A stretch of 33,670 nucleotides of DNA from a virus (IMGVR_UViG_3300015370_000034:1-33670); one strand, 5' to 3'; counted from the stretch's first letter, positions 1 to 9,487 are shown. The notes: generated by a model from the sequence alone, not told the origin. Translations and numbers: made by a program.

Positions 1-5
1 TAATG

Positions 6-42
6 GTGGGGGGTGAAAGCCCCCCACATACTTCTCTTTTTT
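6..42 (+). terminator. Probable intrinsic terminator after an upstream gene (TAA at 1-3)
   Basis: 9-bp GC-rich stem GTGGGGGGT/GCCCCCCAC (6-27) with a GAAA loop, followed by a pyrimidine/T tract ending at 42. Confidence 0.7.
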
Positions 43-213
43 ATCACAAAACAACAAGATACGATTAAGTGTTTGAGTTATTCTTTTACCATATCGAGTC
101 ATAAGCCTTTTCGCGGCGTAAATAAATCGACATTTGCAAAAAATAAATGTGCTTTTATTGTCTTTACTACACTATTTATATATGATATAATACCATGAAA
201 GGGGAAAATAACT

Positions 214-1194
214 ATGATAGAAAAAGATTTTGAATGTATTATTTGTAAGAAGGTTTTTGAAAATTCTCGTGCATTTTCATCTCATTTACATCGAGGACAT
301 GGCGTAAACGTAAGAGATTATTTTATTGAAAATATGTGTGACAATGTAAGTCCAACATGTTTGTGTGGTTGTGGAGAAAAAACAACGTGGAGTTCAACAG
401 TCTTTAATTTTAGAAGATATAGTCCCGGACACAACATAAGAGTAGATGGAAGCGGCAATAAATTTACAACTAACAATCAGCCGGTGATGTCACAAGAACA
501 AATAGATAAAAGAAATGATGCAATAAGAAATGCTTATTCTGGAGAAAGCGGCGAACAAATAAAAGAAAAAATATCTAATGCTGTTAATAAAGTTATGGAA
601 ACCGATGAATGGAAGAGAAATCATTCCAATGGTCTTAAGAATAAATGGCAAGATCCAGAATTTATTGCAAAACAACATGCCTCAAGAAATACTGAAGAAT
701 ATAAAGAGTTCCACAGACAAAAAGTATATCGTCAATTTAAAGAAGGTACATGGGGAGTAGCTTGTTATACAGAAGATTCATATCGCAAATTACGCGACCA
801 CGCTATTAAATTATTATCTCAAGGTAAAATTGGTCCTCAAGCTCCATACAAGACTGAATGGAAATACAACCCATTTACCAGTGCAGACGAATACATGCAC
901 AGTAGTTGGGAGAGTCAATTTTTGGACATGTGTATTGAGTTAAGCATATCTGTCACCAAGAATCACGATATACGTATTGATTGGATTGCTTCTGATAACA
1001 GTATTCACACATATCTTCCAGATTTTCTTGGAATAGATAACAACATCATTTACGAGATTAAGCCTGATTATTTTCAAGATAACGATGAGGACGTTCAATT
1101 AAAGATGGCAGCAGCGGAAGAGTGGTGTAAAAATAATCAATACGAGTATATAATATTATCCTTAAATAGTTTTTTAGATGTTTTAACTGGTTAG
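214..1194 (+). CDS. Putative homing endonuclease: N-terminal Zn fingers, C-terminal TnsA-like PD-(D/E)XK nuclease domain
   Basis: C2H2 finger (CIICKK...HLHRGH), CLCGCG motif, helical basic repeats, C-terminal SSWE...YLPDF...IYEIKP. Confidence 0.7.
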   Translation: MIEKDFECIICKKVFENSRAFSSHLHRGHGVNVRDYFIENMCDNVSPTCLCGCGEKTTWSSTVFNFRRYSPGHNIRVDGSGNKFTTNNQPVMSQEQIDKRNDAIRNAYSGESGEQIKEKISNAVNKVMETDEWKRNHSNGLKNKWQDPEFIAKQHASRNTEEYKEFHRQKVYRQFKEGTWGVACYTEDSYRKLRDHAIKLLSQGKIGPQAPYKTEWKYNPFTSADEYMHSSWESQFLDMCIELSISVTKNHDIRIDWIASDNSIHTYLPDFLGIDNNIIYEIKPDYFQDNDEDVQLKMAAAEEWCKNNQYEYIILSLNSFLDVLTG

Positions 1195-1203
1195 GAACAC
1201 ACT

Positions 1204-2610
1204 ATGTTTTGCAAAATCTGTAATTATCAAGCCAGTAGTTTAAAGGATTTATCGAACCACATTAATTTTATCCACAAAATTAGGGCGATTGATTATGTTA
1301 TTCAATATTTATATAATGGTATTCGTCCATCTTGCCCGATTTGTGGGAAGGAAACAAGATATACCACATATAAATTTAAGAAATATTGTTCGGCTCACTC
1401 TAGGGTTGCAATGAGTCAAGGTGGAAAAGTTGGTGGAAAGTTTATTGCGTGGAATAAAGGAAAGACAAAAGATGTAGACAGTAGACTAAAAGAACATTCG
1501 CAAAAGGTATCAGGTTCTAATAATCATTTTTATGGCAAACAGCATAGTGAAAAATCCAAAAATAAAATATCTTCATCCAAAACATTAAGTGGTAAGACAT
1601 TATCTGAGAGAATATCTATGCGTAATGATTTGATATTGACAACTGCCATTGACGAATATTATAGTAGACAAAATCAATATTTAGATTTTGAGTGCATTAA
1701 ATGTGGTAAAATAAGCAAGAAAACATTAAAGGCTTTTGAGGAAGGTTCATTATGTCCTTATTGTTATCCAAGTTCTACTTCAAAAGATGAAAAAGAGATC
1801 AAGGAATTTATTGAAGAAGTTGGTGTAAATGTTTTATGGTCAGATAGGGAGACAATTTCACCAAAGGAAATTGATTTACATTTGCCTGATTATAATTTTG
1901 CAATTGAATATAATGGTCTGTATTGGCATTCAGAAGATAATAAGGGTGATAAAAATTATCACAGAAACAAAACTCTGCTTTGTGAGAATGTTAACATTGA
2001 CTTATTTCATATTTTTTCAGATGAGTGGAAATACAAAAGGGGAATTGTTGAATCAATGATTTTGCACAGAATCAACAAAACAAAAGAGAGGGTTTATGCG
2101 AGAAAATGTTCAATTGGTATCTGGTGCAAGTCTTCTGCAAAAAAGTTTTTTAATGACAACCATATTTCGGGAGGCACATCTTGTCGTATTCCATTTGCAC
2201 TTTTTTATAATTCACATCCTGTCGCGTGTCTTTCAGTAAGAGAGCCAAGACAGAAGAAATATAAGGGGTTTATTGAGATTGCAAGATTTGCCAATTTAAT
2301 CAACTATCATGTTGTTGGTGGGTTTTCAAAGCTTTTATCAATGGCAGAAGAGTGGGCAAGAGATAATGGATATAAGGGAATATTGACATATGCAGATTTA
2401 AGGTTTGGGACAGGAAACGTTTATTTGAAAAATGGATTTCAGGTTATTGGAGATACAGCAATTGATTATTGGTATACGGACGGAGATGTTCGGTTTGATC
2501 GGTTTAAATTTAGGGCAAAAGACGGAAAAAGTGAAAAACAAATTGCCAATGAATCAAATGTATCAAGAATATATGGTTGTGGGTCAAGAATTTATGTGAT
2601 GCACTTTTAA
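1204..2610 (+). CDS. Hef-like homing endonuclease (Zn fingers, NUMOD3-like motifs, Vsr/DUF559-like nuclease, C-terminal GNAT/Mom-like domain)
   Basis: AWNKG and NHFYGKQHSEKSK NUMOD3-like motifs; EIDLHLP..AIEYNGLYWH; EIARFA..VVGGFSKLL..ILTYADLRFGTG.VY...GF. Confidence 0.75.
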   Translation: MFCKICNYQASSLKDLSNHINFIHKIRAIDYVIQYLYNGIRPSCPICGKETRYTTYKFKKYCSAHSRVAMSQGGKVGGKFIAWNKGKTKDVDSRLKEHSQKVSGSNNHFYGKQHSEKSKNKISSSKTLSGKTLSERISMRNDLILTTAIDEYYSRQNQYLDFECIKCGKISKKTLKAFEEGSLCPYCYPSSTSKDEKEIKEFIEEVGVNVLWSDRETISPKEIDLHLPDYNFAIEYNGLYWHSEDNKGDKNYHRNKTLLCENVNIDLFHIFSDEWKYKRGIVESMILHRINKTKERVYARKCSIGIWCKSSAKKFFNDNHISGGTSCRIPFALFYNSHPVACLSVREPRQKKYKGFIEIARFANLINYHVVGGFSKLLSMAEEWARDNGYKGILTYADLRFGTGNVYLKNGFQVIGDTAIDYWYTDGDVRFDRFKFRAKDGKSEKQIANESNVSRIYGCGSRIYVMHF

Positions 2611-2682
2611 TTTTCTTCTTTTTCTTCGTGCAAGCTGATATATAATATTGTGAAATAAATTAATCCAAGGGAGAACAAACAA

Positions 2683-3027
2683 ATGGTAAAATTAACAGAG
2701 AAAAGGTTAAGGTCAATAGTAAAGAAAGTAATTAATGAAACTACAAACATAAATATGTCTGTTGTTAATGGTATGACTGGTAAAACAATAAAGAGCGTGA
2801 CTGCAAGGAAAAAGAATATTCAAGGTGAAAATGTTGATATTATGCTTATTACATTAGATAATGATGAAGTAATAGAAATAAGAAGCGCATATTTTCCAAC
2901 TACAAAAGAATCTGGGTTGGAGGTTGACTTTGCCGGTAATATTGATGGTGGTTTAGCTCGTGAGAAATATGAAGATGATGAATATGAAGATGAAGTTATT
3001 CCAAGATTTAGAAATAGACATCAGTAA
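2683..3027 (+). CDS. Hypothetical protein with N-terminal LTEKRLRSIVKKVINE helix (possible virion-head protein)
   Basis: AAGGGAG SD upstream; acidic tail; motif shared with late-region proteins. Confidence 0.6.
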   Translation: MVKLTEKRLRSIVKKVINETTNINMSVVNGMTGKTIKSVTARKKNIQGENVDIMLITLDNDEVIEIRSAYFPTTKESGLEVDFAGNIDGGLAREKYEDDEYEDEVIPRFRNRHQ

Positions 3028-3083
3028 AATAAGAGAAATTTTAACTTAACCAACCGCAGTCAACCATCTTTCCAATTTATCTC

Positions 3084-3112
3084 TTTACAATTCATCAATA
3101 TCATGTCATACT
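3084..3112 (+). promoter_or_regulatory. sigma70-like promoter
   Basis: TTTACA-N17-CATACT with TG extension, upstream of GGAGG SD and ATG at 3140. Confidence 0.5.
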
Positions 3113-3139
3113 TAGTTTATCTTATGTGGAGGTATACAT

Positions 3140-3541
3140 ATGGATGAACATGTTTTAGAGCGTATTTTCAAGTTAAATAACAAGTATCGTAAGGAAGGTT
3201 CAATGGGTCCATTTTATCGTGGATGGATAAGAAAGTCATTATCTGAAGGTAGAACCATTCACATTGAAAAAGATAATAACTTTGGTTTTGCATCCTTTCG
3301 TATTTTGAAAAAAAAGCCATATATAAACCTTCAAAAACTTGCTTGTGAAAATGTTGGAACTGGCTTGGGAACAGAGTTGTTAGACAAAGTATTCTTAATT
3401 GCAAAAGAAAATAATTCATTAGTTTTGACAAGGGTTTCAAAGTCCAACCCTTCAGCAATGAATTTTTATAAGAAACATGGTTTTGTCGTTATTGGTGATG
3501 AAGGTAAGAAGCATACAATATTAATGGAGCGACATGGATAA
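3140..3541 (+). CDS. GNAT-family N-acetyltransferase
   Basis: GTGLGTELL acetyl-CoA loop and N.SAMNFYKKHGF motif. Confidence 0.8.
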   Translation: MDEHVLERIFKLNNKYRKEGSMGPFYRGWIRKSLSEGRTIHIEKDNNFGFASFRILKKKPYINLQKLACENVGTGLGTELLDKVFLIAKENNSLVLTRVSKSNPSAMNFYKKHGFVVIGDEGKKHTILMERHG

Positions 3542-4736
3542 TATAAGTCAACATATAAATGAAGCAAGTAAGGCTCAATCAAATGATATTATTGCGAGGA
3601 ATACAAAGGAAAAGGTTGTATCTGACAGACATAGGGATGAATCCAGGTGGAATATTGACTATATTCCTGTATGGAAAGGTAGGTCATTAACTCTTGATTA
3701 TATTTATTCTTTATCTCCCGAAGAAAAAGAGGAAGTCGCATTATTTGTTTTCAAATTTTATAGAGATCATGGTTTTCCATATCCAGAATATTCTGATGAA
3801 GATGTCAAGTCTGATTGGGAAAATCTTTGTAAATTTGATGTATCAACAATTTATGATGAAAAGACTAAAGTTATTTCCAGCGGGAGTACAACGGGCAATA
3901 AGATTTTCAAAAGATTCAATCCTCATTTTTGGGAAGCATTAGAAAATAAAAAAGGTAAAACTGCTGTTGATGTATTCAATGATGATGAATTATTGATGAA
4001 GATTATAAGGAATAGGCTTGGTATAACATTTTATTATCGTGGCGTGTCTCACCCTTTTAATATTAGTGGTAATATGATTAGACAGGGTATGCGTTCAATG
4101 CGTCTTATTCCTAATCTTACAAATTTTCGTCCAACCATAGCAAAATTTATGTATGATAGATATACAAAAAAGAATGATATTGTTTATGATTTTTCTCATG
4201 GTTGGAGTCAACGTACGCTTGGTGCTGCATCATTAGGTAGAAATTTACATTATATTTCTGTTGATCCATGGGATAAACAATTAGATGCAATGAGTAATAT
4301 TGTTGAATCATTAGGGTTAACTCCACATAATTTTACGGAATATCAATGTGGGAGTGAATCTTTTTGTCCTGATGAATGGGTTAAGTGTATTAAATTTGCA
4401 TTTTCTTCTCCACCATATTATGACAAGGAGATGTATATTGATGATGAGGGACAAGCTTATTTTGGGAAAACATATGAAGAGTTTCTTGAATTATATTGGA
4501 AGAAAACATGTGAGAATGTTCATAAGCTTTTAGTAAATGATGGTACATTTGCCTTTAATGTTTTTTCAAACTATAAGAAGTGGAATGTTCGTGATGATTT
4601 TATTCATATTGCTGAACATTGTGGGTTTAATGTTATTGATGAGTATTTCATGAAGATATCAAAAAGTCATTTATCCAACAAGGTTGGCACTGACAAGTTA
4701 GATAAGGTTGAATCTATTTTAGTTTTCAAAAAATAA
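3534..4736 (+). CDS. Putative amino (N4-C/N6-A) DNA methyltransferase
   Basis: FRPTIAK, YDFSHGW..R.LGA SAM-binding motif I, FAFSSPPYY catalytic motif IV. Confidence 0.75.
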   Translation: MDNISQHINEASKAQSNDIIARNTKEKVVSDRHRDESRWNIDYIPVWKGRSLTLDYIYSLSPEEKEEVALFVFKFYRDHGFPYPEYSDEDVKSDWENLCKFDVSTIYDEKTKVISSGSTTGNKIFKRFNPHFWEALENKKGKTAVDVFNDDELLMKIIRNRLGITFYYRGVSHPFNISGNMIRQGMRSMRLIPNLTNFRPTIAKFMYDRYTKKNDIVYDFSHGWSQRTLGAASLGRNLHYISVDPWDKQLDAMSNIVESLGLTPHNFTEYQCGSESFCPDEWVKCIKFAFSSPPYYDKEMYIDDEGQAYFGKTYEEFLELYWKKTCENVHKLLVNDGTFAFNVFSNYKKWNVRDDFIHIAEHCGFNVIDEYFMKISKSHLSNKVGTDKLDKVESILVFKK

Positions 4737-4809
4737 TCCTTTATAATTGGTTGGGTGATGTTATAATTAATTTGTCAAAATGTATTGACATTTATTATGG
4801 AGAATAAAT

Positions 4810-5445
4810 ATGGCAAAATTTACGATTGAACAATTAAAGGAAGATCTGGAACATTGGGAATGGTTTCCATTAGAATTTGTTTTGGGTGATGGTTATGCCA
4901 TGCAATTTATGTTTATGGAATATGATGAGGAAGGTGGTTTATTTTTATATAAACATGGGTTTACCCGGAAGTATTTGATGTTATCAATTGACAACATTGA
5001 GAATGATTCATATACTGTTATCAAGGCATGGCTTGCAGGTTGTGAGTTATTTACTTGGAACAAGAAAGTTAAGAAGGAACACAAAGAGGATTATTCATTA
5101 TATGAAGTTCCTGTGTGGATGGCAATGCAGGAAGTATTAAGTGATGTTGAAAAAACATATGGTTCACATCCTGGTATTCCATGGAATGAAGAAGTAAGTG
5201 ATAAAATACATAAAGCTTTAAAGGAACAAGGGTATAACATAAAGACTGTGACGCCAGAAGACATGGAGAAGATAAAGTCTGGAGAAATGGAGGCAGATGA
5301 TCTTTTGGGTGATTTTAAGAAATGTGATGACGACAATTATATATGTCCAGATTGTGGGGAAAATTGTCGTAAGTTGTCTGAAGAAACAGAAGAATCTAAT
5401 GATGAAGAAGAATCAGGAAAAGTTGGTGGTAAGTATTTGAATTAA
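4810..5445 (+). CDS. Hypothetical acidic protein with C-terminal CPDCG
   Basis: GGAG SD, 211-aa ORF; TGTTATAAT extended -10 upstream at about 4759-4767. Confidence 0.6.
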   Translation: MAKFTIEQLKEDLEHWEWFPLEFVLGDGYAMQFMFMEYDEEGGLFLYKHGFTRKYLMLSIDNIENDSYTVIKAWLAGCELFTWNKKVKKEHKEDYSLYEVPVWMAMQEVLSDVEKTYGSHPGIPWNEEVSDKIHKALKEQGYNIKTVTPEDMEKIKSGEMEADDLLGDFKKCDDDNYICPDCGENCRKLSEETEESNDEEESGKVGGKYLN

Positions 5446-5475
5446 GCAAAAAATATTTTTGTGTGGAGGATTAAA

Positions 5476-6156
5476 ATGACAGAAATTTATATAGAGATTC
5501 AAGGTGGTGAAGGTGGTGATGATAGCAAATTATTTGTATGTGATTTATTTTCTGCTTATTGTCATTGGGCAAAGAAAAATTAGCTGGCGATAACATTAAC
5601 TGATAGGTCTTTTGGTTATATATCTGCAATAATATCTGGGGATAATCCCATTAAATATTTTGAGAAAGAAATTGGAAAACATTGTGTACAGAGGGTTCCA
5701 CCAACAGAATCCAATGGGAGGCGTCAAACGTCAATGTTGTCCGTTTCAATATTGCCGCTAGTAGATAAAAATATATTTAATTTTTCCGAAGATGATGTTA
5801 TAATTGAAACATATAATGCAGGCGGCAAGGGAGGACAGCATTCAAACAAAAGCGATACTGCTGTTCGCGCAAAACATAAAAAAACTGGTATAGTTGTTTC
5901 AATTAATGGTAGGAGCCAAAGTAAAAATAAAAACGATGCATTGAAAATATTAAAATCTAAGATTAGCAATATGGAAAAAGAAAAGGAAAGTTTACAAAAA
6001 CAATCATTAAAGAGGGATCAAATAGAAAATATTGGGAGATCTGACAAAATAAGAACGTATAACTTTATTGATTCAAGGGTTGTCGATCATAGAAGTAATA
6101 AGAAAACAAAACAGATAAGAAAAGTAATGAAGGGTAGGTTTGATTTAATATATTAA
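5476..6156 (+). CDS. Class I peptide chain release factor, RF1-like, lacking domain 1; in-frame TAG at 5581-5583 (readthrough or pseudogene)
   Basis: GGAGGA SD plus ATG 5476; translation MTEIYIEIQGGEGGDDSKLFVCDLFSAYCHWAKKN*LAIT...GKHCVQRVPPTESNGRRQTS...GGKGGQHSNKSDTAVR...RSQSKNK...KIRTYNF..RVVDHR; the ORF track caught only 5734..6156. Confidence 0.85.
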
Positions 6157-6174
6157 AGTGACAATGGGTGTGGA

Positions 6175-6357
6175 ATGGAATATACAGAGCATCATATTTG
6201 GTGTAATTATTTTAATCGTTCTGTTGAAGAATGTAAACAATGTAAACAGTTATATGAATTATATCCATTAGATTTTTTAAGTGCTGAAGAAGCATTAGAG
6301 AAATATTTTCCTGAAGTTTATGAAATGAACAAGAATAAGTTTAATGACACGGATTAA
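6175..6357 (+). CDS. Small hypothetical protein (Cys/His)
   Basis: 60-aa ORF filling the gap in an operon. Confidence 0.55.
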   Translation: MEYTEHHIWCNYFNRSVEECKQCKQLYELYPLDFLSAEEALEKYFPEVYEMNKNKFNDTD

Positions 6358-6360
6358 CTT

Positions 6361-6600
6361 ATGTATAATATTGGAACTGTTGTTTGGATAAGAGTTGTTA
6401 AGAAATCTATTGGGCTAAGATATATTGGTCCGGCAAGGATAATTGGCTATCAAAATGTTAAGATGAATATAGATTTTACATTTATAGGTTTATACGATGT
6501 TAAATTGCCAATAAACCCATTTCAAAATAAGATACCATCTGAGTATTACGACAATACACTTAATATTAGGGAAGATGAGATATTAGATGTCATTACATAA
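6361..6600 (+). CDS. Small Y-x-G-P family protein (SH3-like barrel predicted)
   Basis: YNIGTVVWI...YIGPARII...YDVKLP. Confidence 0.7.
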   Translation: MYNIGTVVWIRVVKKSIGLRYIGPARIIGYQNVKMNIDFTFIGLYDVKLPINPFQNKIPSEYYDNTLNIREDEILDVIT

Positions 6601-6853
6601 AAAAGGTGATATAATTTGGATATTTTGTTCTGGGTCCAACCCTATTAATGGTCTTGCTTGTCCCTATACTGGACCTGCGAAGATACTAACATCGGTTGGT
6701 ACTGATTGTAAATATTATCAAGTTAAACTACCATTTTCCATAAAGAGATCAGGTCCATGGTTTCACGGTCAAGGTCAACAAACGGGGGAATTATTTACCA
6801 ACGAAATATTAGTCAGCAGCGATCAAGTTAGTGACAACAATAAGGAACAATGA
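6587..6853 (+). CDS. Small Y-x-G-P family protein
   Basis: KKGDIIWI...YTGPAKIL...YQVKLP. Confidence 0.7.
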   Translation: MSLHKKGDIIWIFCSGSNPINGLACPYTGPAKILTSVGTDCKYYQVKLPFSIKRSGPWFHGQGQQTGELFTNEILVSSDQVSDNNKEQ

Positions 6854-6924
6854 TGCACGGTTTGGGGAAAGAAGTGTGGGTTCCAGTAGAAATAATTGAA
6901 TCACATTCTAAACTTGTAAAATGA
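6850..6924 (+). pseudogene. 24-codon mini-ORF, likely a truncated Y-x-G-P family member (MMHGLGKEVWVPVEIIESHSKLVK)
   Basis: ATGA overlaps with both neighbours, AAGGA SD, G.EVWV matches the family N-terminus. Confidence 0.45.
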
Positions 6925-7160
6925 AATATAATGTTGGTCAACATGTTTGGGTTAAAAGAGAGGGTAGTTTGCATGGTATATCTCAAGATCATATAAACTA
7001 TATAGGTCCGGGGATAATACATTCATTTAGAAAAACTGTTTTAAGCTGGCGTCATGGTGGTTATGTTAACATATATTCTGTTATCATTCCAAATATTCAC
7101 CTTGTCAGTAGAACCAATATAAATATTTGTGAGGATGACATTATTTTGATGGAGGATTAG
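6921..7160 (+). CDS. Small Y-x-G-P family protein
   Basis: KYNVGQHVWV...YIGPGII...YSVIIP. Confidence 0.7.
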   Translation: MKYNVGQHVWVKREGSLHGISQDHINYIGPGIIHSFRKTVLSWRHGGYVNIYSVIIPNIHLVSRTNINICEDDIILMED

Positions 7161-7182
7161 CAAATAGTTTGATTGGAATTGG

Positions 7183-7211
7183 TTAACAATTTATTATTTG
7201 TGTGCTATAAT
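7183..7211 (+). promoter_or_regulatory. sigma70-like promoter
   Basis: TTAACA-N17-TATAAT with TG extended -10. Confidence 0.7.
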
Positions 7212-7243
7212 TAAAATATGAAAGCAAACAAACGAGTAATATT

Positions 7244-8380
7244 ATGGTTCTAACATTAGAAAAATATAACGATGAAGCAGTTGCTGGACATCTTTCAAAA
7301 AGAATGTCAGACAACAATCGTTTCTGTATCTTCAATTATACACTAAAAACTCAATTGAATAAAATATGGAACAACATTACCTTAAATGCTAGGGGCACAA
7401 TATTTGATGTATATACAGAACGTTTAATTGCCCGAGGACTACCAAAATTTTTTAATGTATCTGAAATAAAAGAAAATGAGTTTGGTAATTTGGTTAAGTT
7501 GTCAGCAACTCATGGTTTTCAAGTTTCTGACAAGCTTGATGGTTCTTGTGGTATAGTTTATTTTGATCGTTATCAAGATAAGTTGTGTGTTGCTACAAGA
7601 GGTTCTTTTATCAGTGAGCAAGCTATTTGGGCAACTAATTATTTACACACCAAAATGTCTTGTCATTCCAGAAATGGACTGCGAGAGTTAATTGGAAGTA
7701 ATTATAAAAATACTCCTATTTTTGAAATAGTTTATCCAGACAATAAAATAATTGTTGACTATAAAGGGCGAGAGTGTTTAATTTTAATTCAAGTTATTGA
7801 TAATGATACTGGTTTAACCTTGCCATATACTGATATTATTTCCATAGCTAATGATATTGATGTGGAGCATATAGAGTATTGTGATGATATTTATGATTTA
7901 TCACAATTAAAGTATTTAAAAGAAAATTTAGACAACGGGATGTCAAAAGAGGGTTGGGTTGTTCGTTTTGGTGATGGTCATCTTGTTAAATTTAAGCTTG
8001 ATGATTATCTTAGAATAGCAAAAGCATTGTATCACTTTGGTCCAAAAGTTGTTTTTGGCTTGGCTAAAAGGAATCAAGACTTGGTTCAGTTTTTCATGGA
8101 AAATGAAATTCCAGATGAATTATTTGAAGCGTCACTACGGTTTTATAGTGATGTCATTAGCAAGTTTGATGATATATTACAAGGTCTTTGTAGAGATTTT
8201 GAGTGGGTTTTTTCCACAGTTGGATCAAATAAAGACAGAAAGGATTATGCTGTTTTTATGAAAAAAGAAGGCATGGATTGGTATATAGGTTGTTTTTTTG
8301 ATTGGAAAAGTGGAAAGGATATATCTTCATTTGTTTGGGAAAAGATGATGGATTATCGGGACTTTGAATGGAAACTTTGA
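7244..8380 (+). CDS. RNA ligase 1 (T4 Rnl1 family)
   Basis: ARG..F, PKFFN, motif I KLDGS, ATRGSF.SEQA, FEIVYP.N.IIVDY, EGWVV, KFK...Y. Confidence 0.9.
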   Translation: MVLTLEKYNDEAVAGHLSKRMSDNNRFCIFNYTLKTQLNKIWNNITLNARGTIFDVYTERLIARGLPKFFNVSEIKENEFGNLVKLSATHGFQVSDKLDGSCGIVYFDRYQDKLCVATRGSFISEQAIWATNYLHTKMSCHSRNGLRELIGSNYKNTPIFEIVYPDNKIIVDYKGRECLILIQVIDNDTGLTLPYTDIISIANDIDVEHIEYCDDIYDLSQLKYLKENLDNGMSKEGWVVRFGDGHLVKFKLDDYLRIAKALYHFGPKVVFGLAKRNQDLVQFFMENEIPDELFEASLRFYSDVISKFDDILQGLCRDFEWVFSTVGSNKDRKDYAVFMKKEGMDWYIGCFFDWKSGKDISSFVWEKMMDYRDFEWKL

Positions 8381-8397
8381 ACTAATGGAGAAAAGCA

Positions 8398-8709
8398 ATG
8401 AGTTGTCGTCACGGGCATAGAAGTTCTTATAGAAAACGTCGGAGAGAAGTTTTGAAAAATTTTATTGTTCAATATAAGGAGAGTCATCCATGTCTATGTG
8501 GAGAAAAAGATATAACCAAATTAACGTTTCATCATCTTAACCCAGATGAAAAAGAAGCTAAAATTGGTGTTATTTTAAGGACAGGTCAAAAGAATAGGAT
8601 TTTAAAAGAAATAAAAAAGTGTGTTGTTTTGTGTAGAGTTTGTCATGATATTGTTCATGATTGTTTTCCGAAGAAAGATGTTTCAAATAATTATTTGTAT
8701 GGAGGCTAG
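8398..8709 (+). CDS. Small HNH endonuclease
   Basis: C.CGE...FHHLNP..K...EIKKCVVLC.VCH. Confidence 0.8.
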   Translation: MSCRHGHRSSYRKRRREVLKNFIVQYKESHPCLCGEKDITKLTFHHLNPDEKEAKIGVILRTGQKNRILKEIKKCVVLCRVCHDIVHDCFPKKDVSNNYLYGG

Positions 8710-8711
8710 AA

Positions 8712-9143
8712 ATGGGAACACGTTCGTTTATTGCAAAAAAGATTGATAATCAAAATTACAGTGCAGTCTATTGTCATTGGGATGGTTATCCCTCTCACAA
8801 TGGTAAAATTTTGAAGGAAAGTTATGTTGATGAAAGTAAAGTTGATGTGCTTATTTCTAATGGTGATATAAGCAGTCTTGAATCTGAAATTGGTGAAAAA
8901 CATGATTTTGATAAGAGAGTTGAAAATTGGACTACTTTTTATAGTAGAGACAGGGGAGAAGAAGATGTTGGGGCAAAAACATATACATCGCTAAATGAGT
9001 TGTACAAAGGTGCAGAAAATCATGATGCTGAATATATGTATGTTTATAGTGATGGTGTATGGTATTTTTCTCCATTATGTAGCGAAGAAGCTGGTCAGCT
9101 TATTGAATTAACGAACGAGCATATAGTTAAAAATGATTTCTAA
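8712..9143 (+). CDS. Conserved phage hypothetical protein
   Basis: MGTRS.I...VYCHWDGYP..NG..L signature; GGAGG SD. Confidence 0.75.
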   Translation: MGTRSFIAKKIDNQNYSAVYCHWDGYPSHNGKILKESYVDESKVDVLISNGDISSLESEIGEKHDFDKRVENWTTFYSRDRGEEDVGAKTYTSLNELYKGAENHDAEYMYVYSDGVWYFSPLCSEEAGQLIELTNEHIVKNDF

Positions 9144-9465
9144 AGAACAATTAGACAACATTATTAATGTATGTGGTCTACCGTCTTATTTTGAGGTTAT
9201 CTTTGAATATTCGGATGGAAACAAGCCACACTATGAAATGGATGAAGAAGTAGATGAAATTTTCAAAGATAAGATATGTCATGTAGGTGGCTCTCCTGCA
9301 TTTTGGCATAACTATATGCGTGTTGGAGAAGTAACTATTGATGATGTGAACAATGATAAAACAATAGTATCGCTTGCTATGATTGTATGGGACAAAAAAG
9401 GACATCATCCATTATCTTTAGATGAAGATGAAACTGTGCGTATTTTTGTTGTAAAAAATGATTAG
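9133..9465 (+). CDS. Hypothetical protein
   Basis: 110-aa ORF overlapping the previous stop. Confidence 0.6.
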   Translation: MISKEQLDNIINVCGLPSYFEVIFEYSDGNKPHYEMDEEVDEIFKDKICHVGGSPAFWHNYMRVGEVTIDDVNNDKTIVSLAMIVWDKKGHHPLSLDEDETVRIFVVKND

Positions 9466-9477
9466 TTGTGTTATAGT
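9449..9477 (+). promoter_or_regulatory. sigma70-like promoter for tRNA-Gly
   Basis: TTGTAA-N17-TATAGT with TG extension, 10 nt before the tRNA. Confidence 0.55.
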
Positions 9478-9487
9478 TATTAGTATG

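Noticed and set aside
13-198. 61-aa ORF at the window start
   Set aside because: It starts inside the terminator hairpin and spans an intergenic region.
3031-3085. Weak inverted repeat AAGAGAAATT / AATTTATCTCTT
   Set aside because: It is AT-rich, bulged and long-looped, so not convincing as a terminator or ncRNA.
5476-8380. Canonical PrfH-RtcB operon
   Set aside because: The factor has an RF1-type PxT motif, and the nearby ligase is Rnl1-type rather than RtcB.
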